A DNA stretch of 64,000 nucleotides from an uncultured Pseudomonadota bacterium (lineage in GTDB: Bacteria > Pseudomonadota > Gammaproteobacteria > Steroidobacterales > Steroidobacteraceae). The notes under the pieces are model-generated. The model saw only the letters and a list, made by a program, of their open reading frames with translations, was not told where the DNA came from and did no database searches. Position numbers and translations under genes: made by a program. The stretch lies in contig CAVVHH010000002.1 in NCBI GenBank assembly GCA_963748005.1, positions 2,085,336 to 2,149,335 of the forward strand, written 5' to 3'. Of the stretch, positions 27,835 through 37,708 are shown in pieces (within the stretch, counting starts at the first letter, position 1; every line of letters begins with the position of its first letter).

Positions 27835-28449
27835 TTATTCCTTCGCTTCTGGATCTTTGGATGACCAGCCCACCACTTCACCGCTGGCCAGCACGTGGCC
27901 GTCGATGGCGGCTTCCATCATCGGAAAACTCGACTTGGCATTGCTGTCGATGACGGTATCCAGTGCCAGTACTTGCAGGTGATAAGGCTGTCTCACTGGC
28001 GTATGTGTGTGCGGACCGGTGTAGGGATTGTTGACGCCATGTACTGTCACGCCGTAAGTGGATCCTTGCGGCGGCGTGGTCATGCCCGCCGGTAGGCTGG
28101 TGACGCTCGCCGGTACATTGAACAAGGTGAAATGAATGCTGGTCATGTCACCTTTCGGCAGTATGCCCTGCATGACCACGACATAGGACCTCGTTCCAAT
28201 CGGACCCGCACTCCAGTTCAGGCCCGGAAAAATATTGCCGCGATACTGTGTGTTCTCGTATGGCATGTCGGCGCCGTCTTTGTACGCGGGGGTCGTCACC
28301 GTGAGTTTGGCGTTGCTCTTTGCGGGATGCGCCAGGATCACCAGTTGTTTGGCATGTCCGCCAGTGGGCTCTTTCTCCTGTGCGTACACAGGTGCGGTGA
28401 TAGCTGCGAGTGTGGCCGCCAGAATAGTCAGCAGGTTCGTGCTCTTCAT
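27835..28449 (-). CDS. YbhB/YbcL (PEBP/Raf-kinase-inhibitor-like) family protein, exported
   Basis: 204 aa with a signal peptide. NIFPGLNWS...YVVVMQG...FTLFNVP...GPHTHTP...YHLQVLALD fits the PEBP family. Confidence 0.7.
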   Translation of the reverse strand: MKSTNLLTILAATLAAITAPVYAQEKEPTGGHAKQLVILAHPAKSNAKLTVTTPAYKDGADMPYENTQYRGNIFPGLNWSAGPIGTRSYVVVMQGILPKGDMTSIHFTLFNVPASVTSLPAGMTTPPQGSTYGVTVHGVNNPYTGPHTHTPVRQPYHLQVLALDTVIDSNAKSSFPMMEAAIDGHVLASGEVVGWSSKDPEAKE

Positions 28450-28540
28450 GATGAAGTCTCCTGGTCAGCGGTGTTACCGCCATTCTCAGACAACATGCGC
28501 TGCGGGCAAGAGCTCGCAGCGCATGGATGCTATCGGAGTG

Positions 28541-29521
28541 TCAGAGCTTCGAAGGATCGACGAACAGCTCCTCGACCGACATGCGGCGCGGGGTCAGGTT
28601 CATGCGAAAGGCCGCTTCTTCCAGATAGGTGATGGTTGGCAGATTGGCTTTCAGGCCATAAGGCAGCGGATCGCCGACGACCTTGGCCAGCTTGGCGTAC
28701 TTCTTGTCGCCATGCAGTTCGTTGCCTGAGGCAATACGGCTGTCGAGGCCGGCCAGCCATTGGTCCTTGGCATGGGTGAAGGCGTCGTTCAGTGACTTTG
28801 CCACCCAGGGGTGTTCGGCCAGGACGGAGTCCTTGACCACGATGGTGCCATGCATCGGGTAAACACCGGTGCGGCCAAACCATTCGGCTTCCAGTTCCGC
28901 CGCATTGGGGAACAGGTCCGGGAAGTCGACCTCAACTTCCTGCCAACCACCGGTCGGGTTGCCCTTGCGACCAATGCCCGCGGCGGCGCCGAAGCCGGCG
29001 ACCAGTTCGCCGCGCATGATCATGTCGTACAGGGAGTCAGGCGGGTTGCAGTGCTCCACGTTCGGCGGCAGTTTCAGCTGGGTCACGTGTTCCTCATCGT
29101 CCACCACCCAGGTCACCTTGTCGTTGTCCATGCCGAACTCCTTGATGAAGATCGCACGGGTCCAGGCGCCGGTGGTCACGGAGTAGGCGCGCACGCCCAC
29201 CTTCTTGCCTTCGAGGTCCTTGGGGTGCTTGATGTTCGCGTCGGGGCGAACCAGCAGGCCGGAGTGGTGGAAGCGACGCACCACGAAGATCGGCAGTGCC
29301 TTGAACGGCGCGCCGTAAGCGCGGGCGATGTAGTAGGTCGTGGGCGCAATTTCGCAGACGTCGAACTCGACGTCACGCACCATGCGGCGGAACGCGCCGA
29401 TCTGTGGTTTGACGGTGATGATCTCGGCATCGACGCCTTCAATCGGAATCGAACCGTTGCGGATGGCGGATGTATGAGGGTGCTCGGCGACCGCGATCTT
29501 GAGACGAACTTTGCCAGCCAC
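28541..29521 (-). CDS. PhtD-like (4,5-dihydroxyphthalate decarboxylase-like) / NMT1-type SBP-fold cytoplasmic protein
   Basis: 326 aa with no signal peptide. IPIEGVDAEIITVKPQIGAFRRMVRDVEFDVCEIAPTTYY resembles the PhtD family. Confidence 0.5.
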   Translation of the reverse strand: MAGKVRLKIAVAEHPHTSAIRNGSIPIEGVDAEIITVKPQIGAFRRMVRDVEFDVCEIAPTTYYIARAYGAPFKALPIFVVRRFHHSGLLVRPDANIKHPKDLEGKKVGVRAYSVTTGAWTRAIFIKEFGMDNDKVTWVVDDEEHVTQLKLPPNVEHCNPPDSLYDMIMRGELVAGFGAAAGIGRKGNPTGGWQEVEVDFPDLFPNAAELEAEWFGRTGVYPMHGTIVVKDSVLAEHPWVAKSLNDAFTHAKDQWLAGLDSRIASGNELHGDKKYAKLAKVVGDPLPYGLKANLPTITYLEEAAFRMNLTPRRMSVEELFVDPSKL

Positions 29522-29914
29522 TGGGTATTCTCCTAATTCAAATAAATCATGCAGATAAGATTGTCCGAAAAAGCGGCATGAGGGCAGACGATATCTGCGC
29601 GATTGTGGGTACTCCGCCGCTCAAAAAACACTCGCGGCGCAATACGTCGGTGAGCCGTTTTCGAGGGCGCTAACAATGCCCAATTAGGCCGCTACAACGC
29701 AATCAAAAAGCGACTTCGGGATATAAATTCTCTGTCTTGATTGCGTGGACAACCAGGTCGGCCCCAAGACTTATGGTCGCTATCGCAAAATCAATGCCCT
29801 GTTCCAAGGCAAATGCATTAACTTCTCGGCCCGCGCCAGAAGGGCTTTTCCTTGCCTTGGTGCGGTACCGCTGACAAGCTACCTTCCCCCCGAAACGAAC
29901 GCGACGGACAGACC

Positions 29915-30937
29915 ATGATTATCGACTGCCACGGGCATTTCACCACAGCACCCAAATCTCTGGGCGCCTGGCGCCAGAACCAGCTTGCGAATATCAACAA
30001 TCCGGCCAGCCGGCCCAAGCCCAGCGATCTGAAGATCTCGGACGACGAAATCCGCGACGCCATCGGCAACGGCCAGTTGAAGATGCAGCAGGAGCGCGGC
30101 GGCGACCTGACCATCTTCTCGCCGATCGCCGGCCAGATGGGCCACCACCTGGGCGATGCCCGCACCAGCGTCGAATGGTCAGAACTGTGCAACGACCTGA
30201 TCAAGCGCGTCGTCGATCTGTTTCCCGAGAACTTCGCCGCCGTCTGCCAGCTGCCCCAGTCGCCCGACACCCCGGTCGATAGCTGCGTCGCGGAACTGGA
30301 ACGCTGCGTCCAGAATGGCTTCGTCGGCTGCAACCTGAATCCCGATGTGTCCGGCGGCTACTGGAAGACGCCGGCGGTGACCGACCGCCACTTCTATCCC
30401 CTGTACGAGAAGATGGTGGAGCTGGACGTGCCTGCCATGATCCACGTGACTGGCTCGTGTAACGCCTGCGTGCAGCACACCGGTGCCCACTACATCGCCG
30501 GGGATACCATCGCCTTCATGCAGATGCTGCAGTCGGACCTGTTCAAGGACTTCCCGACCCTGCGCTTCGTCATTCCGCATGGCGGCGGGGCGGTGCCCTA
30601 CCACTGGGGTCGTTACCGCGGCCTGTCGCTGGACCTGATGAAGCGCGACCTCGAGCCGATCCTGAACAACGTGTTCTTTGACACCTGCGTGTACCACTAC
30701 CCAGGCGTTGAATTCCTGACCCGCGTCATTCCAGTGGAGAACATCCTGTTCGGCTCGGAAATGATCGGTGCGGTGCGCGGCAAGGATCCGAAAACCGGCC
30801 AGTACTTCGACGACACCAAGAAGTACGTTGAGGCCTGCCAGAACCTTAGTACTGACGATCGTCACAAGATCTTCGAAGGCAACGCCCGCCGTGTGTATCC
30901 ACGTCTGGATGCACTGCTGAAGAAGCGCGGCAAATAA
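29915..30937 (+). CDS. Amidohydrolase-2 family enzyme, LigJ (4-oxalomesaconate hydratase)-like
   Basis: Starts MIIDCHGH. Also has FYPLYEKMVELDVPAMIH, IPHGGGAVPYHWGR, LFGSE and IFEGNARRVY, the metal-ligand pattern of the ACMSD/LigJ family. Confidence 0.65.
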   Translation: MIIDCHGHFTTAPKSLGAWRQNQLANINNPASRPKPSDLKISDDEIRDAIGNGQLKMQQERGGDLTIFSPIAGQMGHHLGDARTSVEWSELCNDLIKRVVDLFPENFAAVCQLPQSPDTPVDSCVAELERCVQNGFVGCNLNPDVSGGYWKTPAVTDRHFYPLYEKMVELDVPAMIHVTGSCNACVQHTGAHYIAGDTIAFMQMLQSDLFKDFPTLRFVIPHGGGAVPYHWGRYRGLSLDLMKRDLEPILNNVFFDTCVYHYPGVEFLTRVIPVENILFGSEMIGAVRGKDPKTGQYFDDTKKYVEACQNLSTDDRHKIFEGNARRVYPRLDALLKKRGK

Positions 30938-31037
30938 GCAGGAAGACACCATGGAAAGCCGCCGGCATTAGCCGGCGGTTCGCCTGTGTCTGCCGGCCAA
31001 ATCATTTCTAGTTTACGGATAATTTTCAGGAGCCTTC

Positions 31038-31898
31038 GTGTCACAACTGCCGCGCCTTAACGGCATCATCCGCGCCTGGGAGCAGGGACGGCCTTGCTAT
31101 GCTTCCTTTGTTCATCCCGAACGGCAGTCCGCCATCGAGTTCAGTACTGCGCCGTACGACTGCGCGGTGTTCGAGATGGAACACAACTCATGGGATGCCG
31201 ATAAATTGCAGGATTCGCTGCAGTACCTGCTGAATCGTCGCCAGATTCACGAGATGGGTTCGCTGGCGCCCAGGATAACGCCCATCGTGCGTATTCCTTC
31301 CAATGGTGCCGAAAAGAACGAATGGCTTGCCAAGCAGGCGCTGGATCGTGGCGTGTACGGCGTCGTCTGGCCACATGTCAGCACAGTCGAGCAGGCCTAT
31401 AGCGCAGTAGCGGCATGCCGCTATCCGCGCCCAAAGACGTCCCCTATTTTTCAGCCCGAAGGACAGCGTGGCGATGGTCCGCATTCCTGTTCGCGGTATT
31501 GGGGGCTTACCCAGCAGGAGTATTACGCCAAGGCCGATGTCTGGCCTCTCAATCCAAATGGCGAAGTCCTGGTGTTCCTGATGATTGAAGACGTATTGGG
31601 TATCCAGAATCTGGACGACATCCTGGGCAATGTGCCGGGCATCGCATGTGTGCTGATCGGTGAAGGCGATTTGAGCCAGGAGCTGGGCGTGCCGCGCCAA
31701 TATGAACATCCGGAGGTCAAGGCGGCCATGGCGCAGATCGTGGACACCTGCAAAAAGCACAAGGTTCGCGTCGGTCATCCGCATGTCACCACCAAGAATG
31801 TGGAAGCCGTGCTGGTACAGGGCTATTCGTTCCTGATGTCGATGCCGGTGAAGAGCTATGCGGCCATCGAGAAGGCCAGGGAGATTGCCGGCGGTTGA
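31038..31898 (+). CDS. HpcH/HpaI-family aldolase
   Basis: 286 aa. VFEMEHNSWD, IVRIPSN, VVWPHVSTVEQA and LMIEDVLGIQNLDDIL...IGEGDLSQELG are typical class II aldolase motifs. Confidence 0.7.
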   Translation: MSQLPRLNGIIRAWEQGRPCYASFVHPERQSAIEFSTAPYDCAVFEMEHNSWDADKLQDSLQYLLNRRQIHEMGSLAPRITPIVRIPSNGAEKNEWLAKQALDRGVYGVVWPHVSTVEQAYSAVAACRYPRPKTSPIFQPEGQRGDGPHSCSRYWGLTQQEYYAKADVWPLNPNGEVLVFLMIEDVLGIQNLDDILGNVPGIACVLIGEGDLSQELGVPRQYEHPEVKAAMAQIVDTCKKHKVRVGHPHVTTKNVEAVLVQGYSFLMSMPVKSYAAIEKAREIAGG

Positions 31899-32132
31899 CA
31901 GGTAACTGACAGCTTACAACAGCAAGCTGCGTGAACATGGCGGCTTGCTGCCTGTAGGGTGCATGGGTGAGCTCGAGTCAGGCAGTACCAGTTATCGGGC
32001 TGGTTGCGTCAATAGCAGAAACTTATAACACTTCACGGTCTTTCTATTTTTTCTGAATCCCTCCACCCCTGAGAATCCGCTTCCACGTGCGGCACGGCCG
32101 ATTCGTCGCCGCTTCAGTAAAGGTTTAACAAC

Positions 32133-32984
32133 ATGTCAGCACGTTTGATCGACATCCACCCGCACATCATCTCGGACAACGAGACCCGCTATCCACCTGC
32201 GCCGTTGTTCGGCAAGCGTTCGGACTGGTCGCAGGAACGGCCCAACACCGTTGAAGCGCTGATCGCGGCGATGAACGAGGCAGGCGTAGACAAGGCCGCC
32301 GTAGTTCACTCCTCCACCACCTACGGCTTCGACAATTCCTATGTCGTGGATGGCTGCAACGCCTATCCCGACCGCCTGATCGCGGTGGGCTCGGTGGATG
32401 TGGCTGCGCCCGATGCGGTGAAAGTGATCAGGGAGTGGGTGGGCAAGGGGCTGAAGGGTCTGCGCATTTTCACCGGCGGTTCGACCAAGGACTTCGATCC
32501 CACCGAGCTGGAAAATCCCGCCGCCTATCCGGCGTGGGAGCTGCTGGGCGAGCTGGGCATACCGATGTGCATCCAGACCGGTCCCATCGGCCTGCCGCAG
32601 GTGAGGGATCTGGCCAGGCGTTTTGCCAACGTGAACATCATTCTCGATCACCTGGCCCGCCCGGATGTGCTGGATGGTCCGCCCTATGCCAACGCCGAGA
32701 GCCTGTTCCAGCTGGCGGACCTGCCCAACATCTACCACAAGCTGACACCGCGCATCTTCGGCGACGTGAAGAAAGGCAAGGCCAGCGCCGAAACTTTCTT
32801 CCCCAAAGTAGTCGAGGCGTTTGGCGCCAATCGCCTGGCCTGGGGTTCGAACTTCCCGACCTCGCCCGGCACGCTCACCGAAATCCTCGCCGAAGCGCGC
32901 GCAGGTTTGGCCTGCTTGTCTGCCGAGGATCAGGCATGGATTTTCGGCAAGACCGCGCAACGTCTGTATCCGTCACTGGCCTAG
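32133..32984 (+). CDS. Amidohydrolase-2 family hydrolase (LigI/lactonase-like)
   Basis: 283 aa. LIDIHPHII..., ILDHLARPD and LAWGSNFP follow the TIM-barrel metal-dependent hydrolase pattern. Confidence 0.65.
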   Translation: MSARLIDIHPHIISDNETRYPPAPLFGKRSDWSQERPNTVEALIAAMNEAGVDKAAVVHSSTTYGFDNSYVVDGCNAYPDRLIAVGSVDVAAPDAVKVIREWVGKGLKGLRIFTGGSTKDFDPTELENPAAYPAWELLGELGIPMCIQTGPIGLPQVRDLARRFANVNIILDHLARPDVLDGPPYANAESLFQLADLPNIYHKLTPRIFGDVKKGKASAETFFPKVVEAFGANRLAWGSNFPTSPGTLTEILAEARAGLACLSAEDQAWIFGKTAQRLYPSLA

Positions 32985-33056
32985 CGGCTGCTGGCGATTC
33001 GGGGGCAGCTCAGCTATAAAAGCCGGACGATAACAGTCCGGCGGGGCGAGCAAAAA

Positions 33057-33878
33057 ATGGCAAGTGATTCAATCAAGTTGAGCGTCCGAAACGTTCAGAA
33101 GGCGTTTCGTCTGCGGGCCGGTATTGGGCCTGACAACAGGGACGACAAGGATCGCTTGCTGCAGGTGCTCGGTAACGTGAGCTTCGATGTGCGGCAGGGT
33201 GAGGTTGTTTCTCTGATCGGCGAGAGTGGCTGCGGCAAGACCACTCTGCTGCGCATCATCCAGGGGCTCATCCGCCTTGATGCCGGTTCGGTGCTGGTGG
33301 ACGACAAGCCCGTGACGGCGCCCGGTCGCGATCGTGGTTTCGTTTTTCAGCAGGCTACCTTGCTGCCGTGGCGTACCGCCCGGCAGAACGTCGAGTTCGG
33401 TCTGGAATTGCAGGGCATGGCGAAGGCGGATCGTCAGCGCCGTTCCACAGAGCTGCTGGATCTGGTCGGACTCGCTCACGCCGCAGAACAATATCCCCAT
33501 GAGCTGTCGGGTGGCATGCAGCAGCGCATTGGTCTGGCGCGGGCACTGGCCATCGATCCGGCCATCATGCTGATGGACGAGCCCTTCAGTGCACTCGATG
33601 CCCAGACCCGCGAAGTGCTGCAAGTGGAGCTGATGCGCATTCACGAAAAGACTGCAAAAACGACCTTGTTTGTCACGCACGATCTCGATGAGGCCATCTA
33701 CCTCAGCGACCGTGTCGTGGTACTGGCAGCGAAGCCCGGTCGTGTGAAAAAGATTATCGATGTGCCTTTCCAGCATCCGCGGCCGGAACTGGCGGAACTG
33801 CGTATTGATCCTGTGTTCCAGGAAATCCGCCGCGAGATGTGGTCGCTCATCCGTACTCCCGTACAGGTGGCGGCATGA
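33057..33878 (+). CDS. ABC transporter ATP-binding protein (NitT/TauT-type)
   Basis: Walker A GESGCGKTT, signature LSGGMQQR, Walker B IMLMDEPFSALD. Confidence 0.9.
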   Translation: MASDSIKLSVRNVQKAFRLRAGIGPDNRDDKDRLLQVLGNVSFDVRQGEVVSLIGESGCGKTTLLRIIQGLIRLDAGSVLVDDKPVTAPGRDRGFVFQQATLLPWRTARQNVEFGLELQGMAKADRQRRSTELLDLVGLAHAAEQYPHELSGGMQQRIGLARALAIDPAIMLMDEPFSALDAQTREVLQVELMRIHEKTAKTTLFVTHDLDEAIYLSDRVVVLAAKPGRVKKIIDVPFQHPRPELAELRIDPVFQEIRREMWSLIRTPVQVAA

Positions 33879-34723
33879 CCAACGTGACTCAAACTTCAGT
33901 TCCGCAGAAAAGCGAAGCCGGCGCACCCGTTACCGAAACGGTGGTTGAGGATCTGGTGCCGCCGCCGCGTTCAAACAGCAAGCTATGGATTGTCAGGTTG
34001 ATATCGATCGTGTGCGTCTTTGCTGCTTGGGAATATTTCGGTCGGCAGATCAATCCATTATTCATGTCCTATCCGATAGCGATCGCCAAGGCCGGAGTGG
34101 TGTTGGTGGCAAACGGAGAATTGTTCGAAGCACTCAAAAGCAGTTTGTGGACGCTGGTAGTCGGGTTCACGCTGGCTTCGACTATCGGCATCACCATCGG
34201 TCTGGCCATAGGCCGCTATCGCTATGTGGATGCCGCCACGGACTGGATCGTGAACGCGCTGTACGCCACGCCGCTGATTGCCGTCATTCCGCTGGTGATT
34301 CTGTGGTTCGGTCTGGGTGACACCGCCAAATTATTTATTGTGACCATTCTTGCGGTGTTCCCCGTGATCATCAATACGGCTTCGGGCGTCCGGAATGTGC
34401 CAAGTGCATTGATCGATGTCGGTAATGCCTTCGCCGCCAATGAACATCAGGTGTTCATGAAGATCATACTGCCGGCAGTATTGCCGTACATCATGACCGG
34501 TCTGCGTCTGGGCATCGGTCGTTCTATCATCGGCATGGTGGCAGCGGAGTTTTATACCGCCATTACAGGTTTGGGCGCGCTCATCACCAAATACGGCAAC
34601 CAGTACGACACGGCGTCCATGTTCGTACCGATCTTCATTCTTATGTTCCTTGGCATCACGCTGACGTCGATCGTGCGCAAGCTCGAAGAGATGTTTGCGC
34701 CGTGGCGCGGGACAGACGATTAA
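33875..34723 (+). CDS. ABC transporter permease (NitT/TauT-type)
   Basis: The ATG overlaps the upstream stop (ATGA). It has about 6 TM helices and the EAA-like loop NAFAANEHQVFMKIILPAVLPYIMTGLRLGIGRS. Confidence 0.85.
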   Translation: MTNVTQTSVPQKSEAGAPVTETVVEDLVPPPRSNSKLWIVRLISIVCVFAAWEYFGRQINPLFMSYPIAIAKAGVVLVANGELFEALKSSLWTLVVGFTLASTIGITIGLAIGRYRYVDAATDWIVNALYATPLIAVIPLVILWFGLGDTAKLFIVTILAVFPVIINTASGVRNVPSALIDVGNAFAANEHQVFMKIILPAVLPYIMTGLRLGIGRSIIGMVAAEFYTAITGLGALITKYGNQYDTASMFVPIFILMFLGITLTSIVRKLEEMFAPWRGTDD

Positions 34724-34765
34724 CGACGCGACTGCGTCGGACCCTTTCAACAAACATCAGAGGCG

Positions 34766-35659
34766 ATGCTCCAGATGGAAGCACTTAAGTTACGAACCAA
34801 TCTTCAAGACTATCCAGTCACCATGGCCATCAAGGATGGTCGAGTGAATTCGCCCATCGTGACTCTGGATTGCTGTGGTCCAAAGGTTGCGCACAATGGT
34901 TTCAAGGATCTGCTGCGTAATAACAAATACGACGCCAGCGAACTGGCCATCGTCACGTATCTGCAGGCCAAGACCTACAACAAACCGTGGGTGCTGATTC
35001 CGGCGCCGGTGCATGGTCGTTTCCAGCATCACTGTTCCGGCTACAACATCGAGCGCGGCGAGATGAAGCCCAAGGACATTGAAGGCAAAAAAGTCGGCGT
35101 ACGCACCTATGCGCAGACTACCGGTCTGTGGATTCGCGGCATCCTGCAGCACGAATACGGTGTGGATATGAACAAGGTGAATTTTTATACGGTTGACGAA
35201 GGTCACCTTGCCGAGTACCAGGACCCGCCGAATTGCACGCGCCTGCCGCCCGGCAGCGATATTGGCGAAATGATGCTGAAGGGCGAGCTGGACGCGATTC
35301 TGGCCGGCAACGATCTGCCCAAAGACCCACGCGTGACCTCGCTGGTGCCTGATCCACATAACGCCGCCAAGAAGTGGTATGAGCGCGAGCATGTGATTCC
35401 GATCAATCACGTGTTCGTGATTCACGAGGACATCGCCAACAAGAACCCCGAGGTGGTGCGCGAAGTATTCCGCATGCTGTGCGAAAGCCGTGCGGCCGCG
35501 CCGGCCGAGGCGCAGAAAGGCCTACCGCCGATGGGCTACGAGGCCAACAAGAAGGGCATCGAGCTCGCCATCGAGTGGGCCTATGACCAGAAGATCATTC
35601 CCCGCCGATTCAAGGTGGATGAGCTGTTCAACGATCTGACTGCTTCGCTCAATCCCTGA
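34766..35659 (+). CDS. PhtD-like/NMT1-type SBP-fold protein without signal peptide (second copy)
   Basis: 297 aa, colinear with 28541..29521 (DIEGKKVGVRTYAQTTGLWIRGILQHEYGVDMNKVNF versus DLEGKKVGVRAYSVTTGAWTRAIFIKEFGMDNDKVTW). Confidence 0.55.
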   Translation: MLQMEALKLRTNLQDYPVTMAIKDGRVNSPIVTLDCCGPKVAHNGFKDLLRNNKYDASELAIVTYLQAKTYNKPWVLIPAPVHGRFQHHCSGYNIERGEMKPKDIEGKKVGVRTYAQTTGLWIRGILQHEYGVDMNKVNFYTVDEGHLAEYQDPPNCTRLPPGSDIGEMMLKGELDAILAGNDLPKDPRVTSLVPDPHNAAKKWYEREHVIPINHVFVIHEDIANKNPEVVREVFRMLCESRAAAPAEAQKGLPPMGYEANKKGIELAIEWAYDQKIIPRRFKVDELFNDLTASLNP

Positions 35660-35772
35660 ACTATTGCCGCGCTGTATGTGGCGCGGCAGTTCACGATCCC
35701 GTTCCACCCTGTACAATTCGCGCCCCGGCGTATCGCCGGGGAGGCTGGCGTTCATGTCGGCCCGCGGACCGG

Positions 35773-37482
35773 TTGACCGGTCTGTGCCAAGCGACAGCAT
35801 CCAAGGCGATCAACGACGTGCAAACCGAAACCTCGACGAAGCAACTCACCGGTGGCCAGATTCTGGTCGAAGCCTTGCGCCGGCAGGGCGTGGATCGCGT
35901 TTACTGCGTACCGGGGGAAAGTTATCTGCCGGTGCTGGATGCCCTGCACGATGCGCCGGAAATCGCCGTGGTCAGCGCGCGTCACGAAGGCGCAGCGGCC
36001 AACATGGCGGAAGCGGATGGCAAGATCACTGGCCGACCCGGCATCTGCATGGTGACGCGCGGACCGGGCGCCACGCATGCCTCGATCGGCGTGCATACGG
36101 CCTTTCAGGATTCCACGCCGATGATTCTGTTCATCGGTCAGGTGGCGCGCGACGCACGTGACCGTGAAGGTTTCCAGGAAGTGGATTACCGCGCCATGTT
36201 CGGGCCCTTGGCCAAGTGGGCCAGTGAGATCGACGACACCTCGCGCATTCCCGAATACATCGCGCGCGCCTATCGCGTGGCCATGTCGGGCCGGAAGGGG
36301 CCGGTGGTGCTGGCCCTGCCCGAAGACATGCTGTCAGAAGTGGTCGCTGAACCCAACTATGCGCCGCTCATTCCCGCGGCCGGCAATGCGCCGCGCGCCG
36401 AGGACATGCAGGCCTTTGCGTCCCTGCTCGGCGCCGCCAAACGTCCATTGCTGGTGGTCGGCGGTACAGGCTGGGATGAAGTCGGCAGCAAGAATCTGCT
36501 GCAATTCGCCGAGCGCAACGGCCTGCCACTGGTGGCCAGCTTCCGTCGCCAGGATGTGATCGACAATCGTCACGCCAATTACTGCGGACACTTGGGCTTG
36601 GGCGTGGACCCCACGCTGGCCGAGCGCTTGAAAACCGCCGATCTGGTCGTTTCGATCGGTTCGCGACTCGGCGAAAACACCACCAATGCTTATACCTTGC
36701 TGACACCGGCGGTGCCGACTCAAAAACTGGTGCATGTGTATCCCGACCCCAACGAATTGGGGCGCGTGTACCAGCCCGAGCTGGCGATTGCCTGCGGCCT
36801 GGCCGACTTCAGCAATGCCCTGGCGGGTTTGGACGTGCCCGGCAAGGAGCAGCGCGCTGCCTGGCTCAAGGAAGCGCGCGAAGCCTATGTCAAATTCAGC
36901 ACGCCCGGCGCTGCGCCGCCCAAGGGTGTGGATCTCGCAGCGGTGGTTGGTTGGCTGAGCGAGAACCTGAAGGACGATGCCCTGATCTCGAACGGTGCGG
37001 GTAACTACACGGTGTGGGTACACCGTTATTTCCGTTACCGTCAATTGCGTACCGAACTGGCGCCCACCAGCGGCGCGATGGGTTACGGCGTGCCTGCGGC
37101 CATTGCCGCCAAGCTGCGTTATCCGCAGCGCGAGGTGGTGGCGTTTGCCGGCGATGGCTGTTTCCTGATGTATCCGCAGGAAGTGGGAACTGCCGTGCAG
37201 TATGGCGCCAATGTGATTTTCATCGTCGTCAACAACGGCATTTACGGCACGATCCGTACCCACCAGGAAAAGCGTTATCCGGGGCGTGTCATCGCCACGA
37301 ATATTCAGGATCCGGATTTCGTTGCCATGGCGCAGAGCATGGGTGCGTATGCAGAACGGGTGGAAGCGACCGGGGCGTTTGCCGATGCATACCGTCGCGC
37401 CGCCGCCGCCGGCCGTCCGGCACTGCTGGAATTGCGCACCGACCCATTGCAGCTGTCGCCGGTATTCAGGCTGAAGGGTTAA
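35773..37482 (+). CDS. Thiamine-diphosphate-dependent enzyme (acetolactate synthase large-subunit-like)
   Basis: TGGQILVEALRRQGVDRVYCVPGESYL, the GDG motif AFAGDGCFLM...NNGIYGTI, and a central FAD-like domain. The start may be the GTG at 35818. Confidence 0.8.
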   Translation: MTGLCQATASKAINDVQTETSTKQLTGGQILVEALRRQGVDRVYCVPGESYLPVLDALHDAPEIAVVSARHEGAAANMAEADGKITGRPGICMVTRGPGATHASIGVHTAFQDSTPMILFIGQVARDARDREGFQEVDYRAMFGPLAKWASEIDDTSRIPEYIARAYRVAMSGRKGPVVLALPEDMLSEVVAEPNYAPLIPAAGNAPRAEDMQAFASLLGAAKRPLLVVGGTGWDEVGSKNLLQFAERNGLPLVASFRRQDVIDNRHANYCGHLGLGVDPTLAERLKTADLVVSIGSRLGENTTNAYTLLTPAVPTQKLVHVYPDPNELGRVYQPELAIACGLADFSNALAGLDVPGKEQRAAWLKEAREAYVKFSTPGAAPPKGVDLAAVVGWLSENLKDDALISNGAGNYTVWVHRYFRYRQLRTELAPTSGAMGYGVPAAIAAKLRYPQREVVAFAGDGCFLMYPQEVGTAVQYGANVIFIVVNNGIYGTIRTHQEKRYPGRVIATNIQDPDFVAMAQSMGAYAERVEATGAFADAYRRAAAAGRPALLELRTDPLQLSPVFRLKG

Positions 37483-37708
37483 TCCGTTCCCCTAAGAGCA
37501 TTTGACGCCCTGTATGCCGGACGGGTATACAGGGCGCAATACGGAAGCGCGGTTGCGCGAGTTGGAGTGCGGAATGGGGGAGACGTCCGCCTTATCCAAC
37601 CAAATGTCTGGCCAGACTATCAGCCGCCAGATCAATCAATTTTTCGGCAAGTGTCCAATCCAGGGAAAGGCAGGCGTCGGACCTGCTGCTACTTTAAGCG
37701 GGGTTGGC